Of a stretch of 64,000 nt of DNA, positions 60,673 through 64,000 are shown one piece after another. Under the pieces are notes generated by a model. That model was not told the origin of the DNA, did no database searches, and saw only the letters and a program-made list of their open reading frames with translations. Both the position numbers and the translations under genes were made by a program. Each line of letters starts with the position of its first letter. The first letter of the stretch is position 1. Source of the DNA: Camelus ferus (Eukaryota); NCBI RefSeq assembly GCF_009834535.1, contig NC_045707.1:47308001-47372000 (forward strand), in the 5' to 3' direction.

Positions 60673-61861
60673 CACACCAAGAACATTTCGATAGTGTAGT
60701 CCCGGTTGGGAAACAGTATTCCAGTAACATGCCTCTTCTTGTAGCAGAGATTTCAGCCTGAACCCAGAACTATTCTTTTGCTGGAGTTCATGTCCAGGCA
60801 TATTTGGCAAACTAATGGCACAGACCTGAGAGAATCTATTTGTATACATCAATATGGAAGAGCCTAGAAAGAGATATTAAAAGATGGAGGGGATCAGATG
60901 GTAACTCTCCCATTACAAGGTCTGAACTCTATGGGAAAAAGGGGTTCAGGAAGAAAGGGCAGGATCTGTTTTAAGAGGGATCCAATACCTTCATACCCAG
61001 CAGGGCAAACTCTGTAAAGGCCCTGGTGACAAAGTGTGAGAAAACAGTAGGGAAGCTGAGCGTTCTTCCCACTTCTGCATGCTTCCACAGGGAAGATCAA
61101 ATGTTTATAATGCTATAAACACAGTTTGGGTGCTTCCAAGAATGCTGTTCCAGGATGCCTGATTACCCTGTATATTTAGAGACTGAGGAAATTTTTTAGA
61201 GATGTTAGTAGCTGTCATAACTGGGGACTGGCCAGTGAGGGGTGGGACTCAGAGTCTGAACCAGCCCCCAGAGATAGCACAGGGGTGGGCCAAACAGTAA
61301 GCAATAGAAAGAAGTCTTGGCAAGCGAGCAGAGTTCAGTATTCAGTCACAGATAGCTCCAGTGTAGGTGGCTATTCAGTGGAAGAGCAGAGACCCGGTCA
61401 TGGGAACTTGGTAAGGAGGTTACACCAGGGGTTATTCCAGGCCCAGAGGAAATAGCACACAGAGCAGGAATCCAAGATGCAGCTCAGGAAGGCATGGGGA
61501 GGAGTCAAATAAAATCCCAAATGGGCTGAATCCAGTCACCAGAAATAATGAGCCTGGAGACTGACCAGCCTAGAGCTCCATTTAGTTCATCTGCCTGGGG
61601 TATGTCTGAATGACTAGAGGGAAGTAAAGAGGCTGTTTACTAGCTGAACACGCAAGTGGGCAGCGGGGGCAGTGAGTCAAACAGCTCTTCACAGCTGAAT
61701 TATCAACAAGCAACGTATGTCGGAATCCCCCAGGATTCACGAAGCCGGGCCCAGTTGGTGACAGCCTGTCAGCAACAGACCTGAGAAGAGTAGGCTTGTT
61801 ATTTTTGTCTGTCCAGAATCCCTTTTCTTCTTCTTCTTCCAAAAAAACTACTCCCCCCCCC

Positions 61862-63560
61862 CTTTTCTTTTTCCTTCCAGCTTTGCTGAGATATAATTGA
61901 CATATAGCACTAATAAGTTTAAGGTATACGACATAATGATTTCACTGACATGCATCATGAAATGATTATCACAGTAAGTTTAGTGAATGTCCATCATCTC
62001 ATATAAAAAAATTGAAGAAGTAGAAAAAACTTTTTTTGTGTGATGAGAATTCTTAGGATTTACTCTCAACAACTTTTGTATATAACATACAGCGGTGTTA
62101 ATTATATTTATCATGTTATGCATTACATCCCTGGTACATATTTATCTTATAACTGGAAGTTTGTAAACTTTTGACTGCCTTCATCCAATTCCCCCTCCCC
62201 ACCCCCCACCTCTGGTAACCATAAATCTGATCTCTTTTTCTATGAAGTTTGTTTGTTTTTGAAGTATAATTGACATACAGCACTTTGTTCCTGTTACACA
62301 ACATAGTGATTTGGTATTTCTATACATCATCAAAATTATCACCATAAGTCCAGTTATGATATGTCACCATACAAAGATATTACATTGCTTTTGACTATTT
62401 TCTCTACACTATACATTTCATACCCATGAATCATTTATTTTACAACTGGAAATTTGTACCTCTTACTGTCCTCCACCTATTTCTCACCTCTCCCCAACCC
62501 CTTCCCTCTGACAACCACCTGTTTGTTCTGCGTATCTATAACTCTGGTTTTGTTTTGCTATGTTTGTTAATTTATTTGTTTTTTAGATTCCACATATAAT
62601 TCAGTATTTGCCTTTCTCTGTCTGACTTACTTCACTTAGCATAACACCCTCTGGGTCCATCCATATTGTTGCAAATGGCAAGATTTCATTCTTTTTTCTG
62701 GCCGTGTAATATTCCATCTCCATCCATTCATCTATTAATGGGCACTGAGGTTGCTTTCATATCTTAGCTATTGTGAATAATGCTGCAATGAACATACGAG
62801 TGCATATCACTTTTCAAACTAGTATTTTTGTTTTCTCTGGATCAATACCCAGGAGTGGAATTTCCTGATCATATGGTAATTCTAATTTTAACTTTTTGAG
62901 GAATCTCCATACTGTTTTCCCTAGTGGCTGCACCAATTTACAATCCCATCAACAGTGGACAAGGGTTCCCTTTTCTCTGCATCCTCACCAGCACTTGTTA
63001 TTTGTTGTATTTTTGATATTAGCCATTCTGACAGGTGTGAGGTGGTATCTCATTGTGGTTTTGATTTGCATTTCCCTGATGATTAGTGATGATGAACATC
63101 TTTTCATGTGCCTGTTGTCCATCTGTATGTATTCTTTGGAAAAATATCTATTCAGATCCACAGCCCATTTTTTAATTGGGTTGTTTGTTATTCTGATGTT
63201 GAGTTATATGAGTTCTTTGTATATTTTGGGTACTAACCTCTTAGATACATTGTATGCAAATATCTTCCCTCATTCAGTAGGTAGCCTTTTCATTTTGCTG
63301 ATAGTTTCCTTTGCTGTTCAAAAGGTTTTTAGTTTGAGGTGATCCCATTTGTTTATTTTTGCTTTTGTTCCCTTTGCCTGAGGAAACGTATCAAAAAAAA
63401 AAAAAAAAATACCAAGACCAGTGTCAAAGAGAGCACTGCCTATGTTCTCTTTTAGAAGTTTCATGGTTTCCAGTCTTACATTTATCTCCAATCTATTTTG
63501 ATTTATTTTTGTGCATGGTATGAGAGAGTCGTCCAGACTGACTCCTTTGCATGTAGCTGA
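61862..63560 (-). mobile_element. Laurasiatherian LINE-1 3' portion with two successive 3'-UTR modules
   Basis: First UTR module 61862-62245, second from ~62250 (TGAAGTATAATTGACATAC), then the ORF2 end; ORF 63318-63563 has NVRLETMKLLKENIG...[13 protein letters not shown]. Confidence 0.9.
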
Positions 63561-64000
63561 CATGTGACCTAAGCCCTGTCAATCAGAGTGCTTTGTTGCC
63601 GTGCTTTGGGGAACAGCAGGAAACCTAGAAAGGCCCATCAGATTCTTCCTTGAGATTTGATATTTAGATGCTTAGACAGAGAGCAGCGCTCTCTCAGTCT
63701 TGGGATCACAAGCTGTAAAGATGATTTAGATGGGAGTTGTTTTCTGTTACCTTTTCTGGATGCATAAGGAAAATCATCTACAATTAGAGAGAATGAGTTC
63801 AACATTCAAAGAGAATAAGAAGTGAAGAGAGATGAGAGATGGGTAGAGAGGGACAGGGTCCTAAGGAGATAAACTGGGCCCTGAATCCAGCTGTGCCTGA
63901 AGCAGAAGCCATCCCTGCTTTTTAAGGAACCAATAAGTTCTCTCTTATTTAAGTCAGTTTCCAGCCTATTTCAGTTGGGATTCTGTCATTTGCCATCTAA
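63561..64000 (+). mobile_element. Old MaLR LTR (MLT1K/L-like); its 5' stub probably lies at ~61795-61860, left of the L1
   Basis: CATGTGACCTAAGCC...CAATCAGA...CCTGAATCCAGCTGTGCCTGAAGC...CCAATAAGTTC...GTTGGGATTCTGTCATTTGC. Confidence 0.7.

Noticed and set aside
61210..61560. Possible ancient LTR-like repeat
   Set aside because: Purine-rich and suggestive, but I could not define termini, TSD or family.
159..63563. The short ORFs of the six-frame track as host protein-coding genes
   Set aside because: None resembles a cellular protein I recognise. Recognisable ones are L1 ORF2p pieces or their antisense frames (e.g. 2895-3137, 26826-27032, 62896-63342); the rest fit chance ORFs.

Overview
Mammalian non-coding DNA, very probably camelid (camel/alpaca/llama lineage). 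Two tRNA-Ala-derived Vic-1-type SINEs with target-site duplications (TSDs) and several young artiodactyl/camelid-type L1 3' ends are present, and I saw no Alu, BovB/Bov-tA or PRE-1. I could not recognise any host protein-coding exon, RNA gene, CpG island or prokaryote-type system. The only ORFs I recognise are LINE-1 ORF2p remnants. The window is a dense mosaic of L1, L2, MIR, CR1/L3, MaLR/ERVL/ERV1 solo LTRs and hAT/Tigger elements, separated by apparently TE-free 1-3 kb blocks that look like enhancer-type DNA. The most notable structures are: (i) a 9-nt microexon-like motif with near-ideal splice sites at 6581-6589; (ii) an unexplained ~270-bp AT-rich quasi-palindrome at 59280-59550; (iii) a 5'-inverted (twin-primed) L1 with no TSD and a missing right flank at 25781-29807; (iv) an L1 inserted in a palindromic target inside an ERV1 solo LTR; (v) a tandem duplication of a MIR/LTR junction; (vi) a perfect 16-bp C/EBP palindrome in a bZIP site cluster. 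Repeat subfamily names come from memory of consensus sequences, not from a database search. Boundaries of old elements are approximate.
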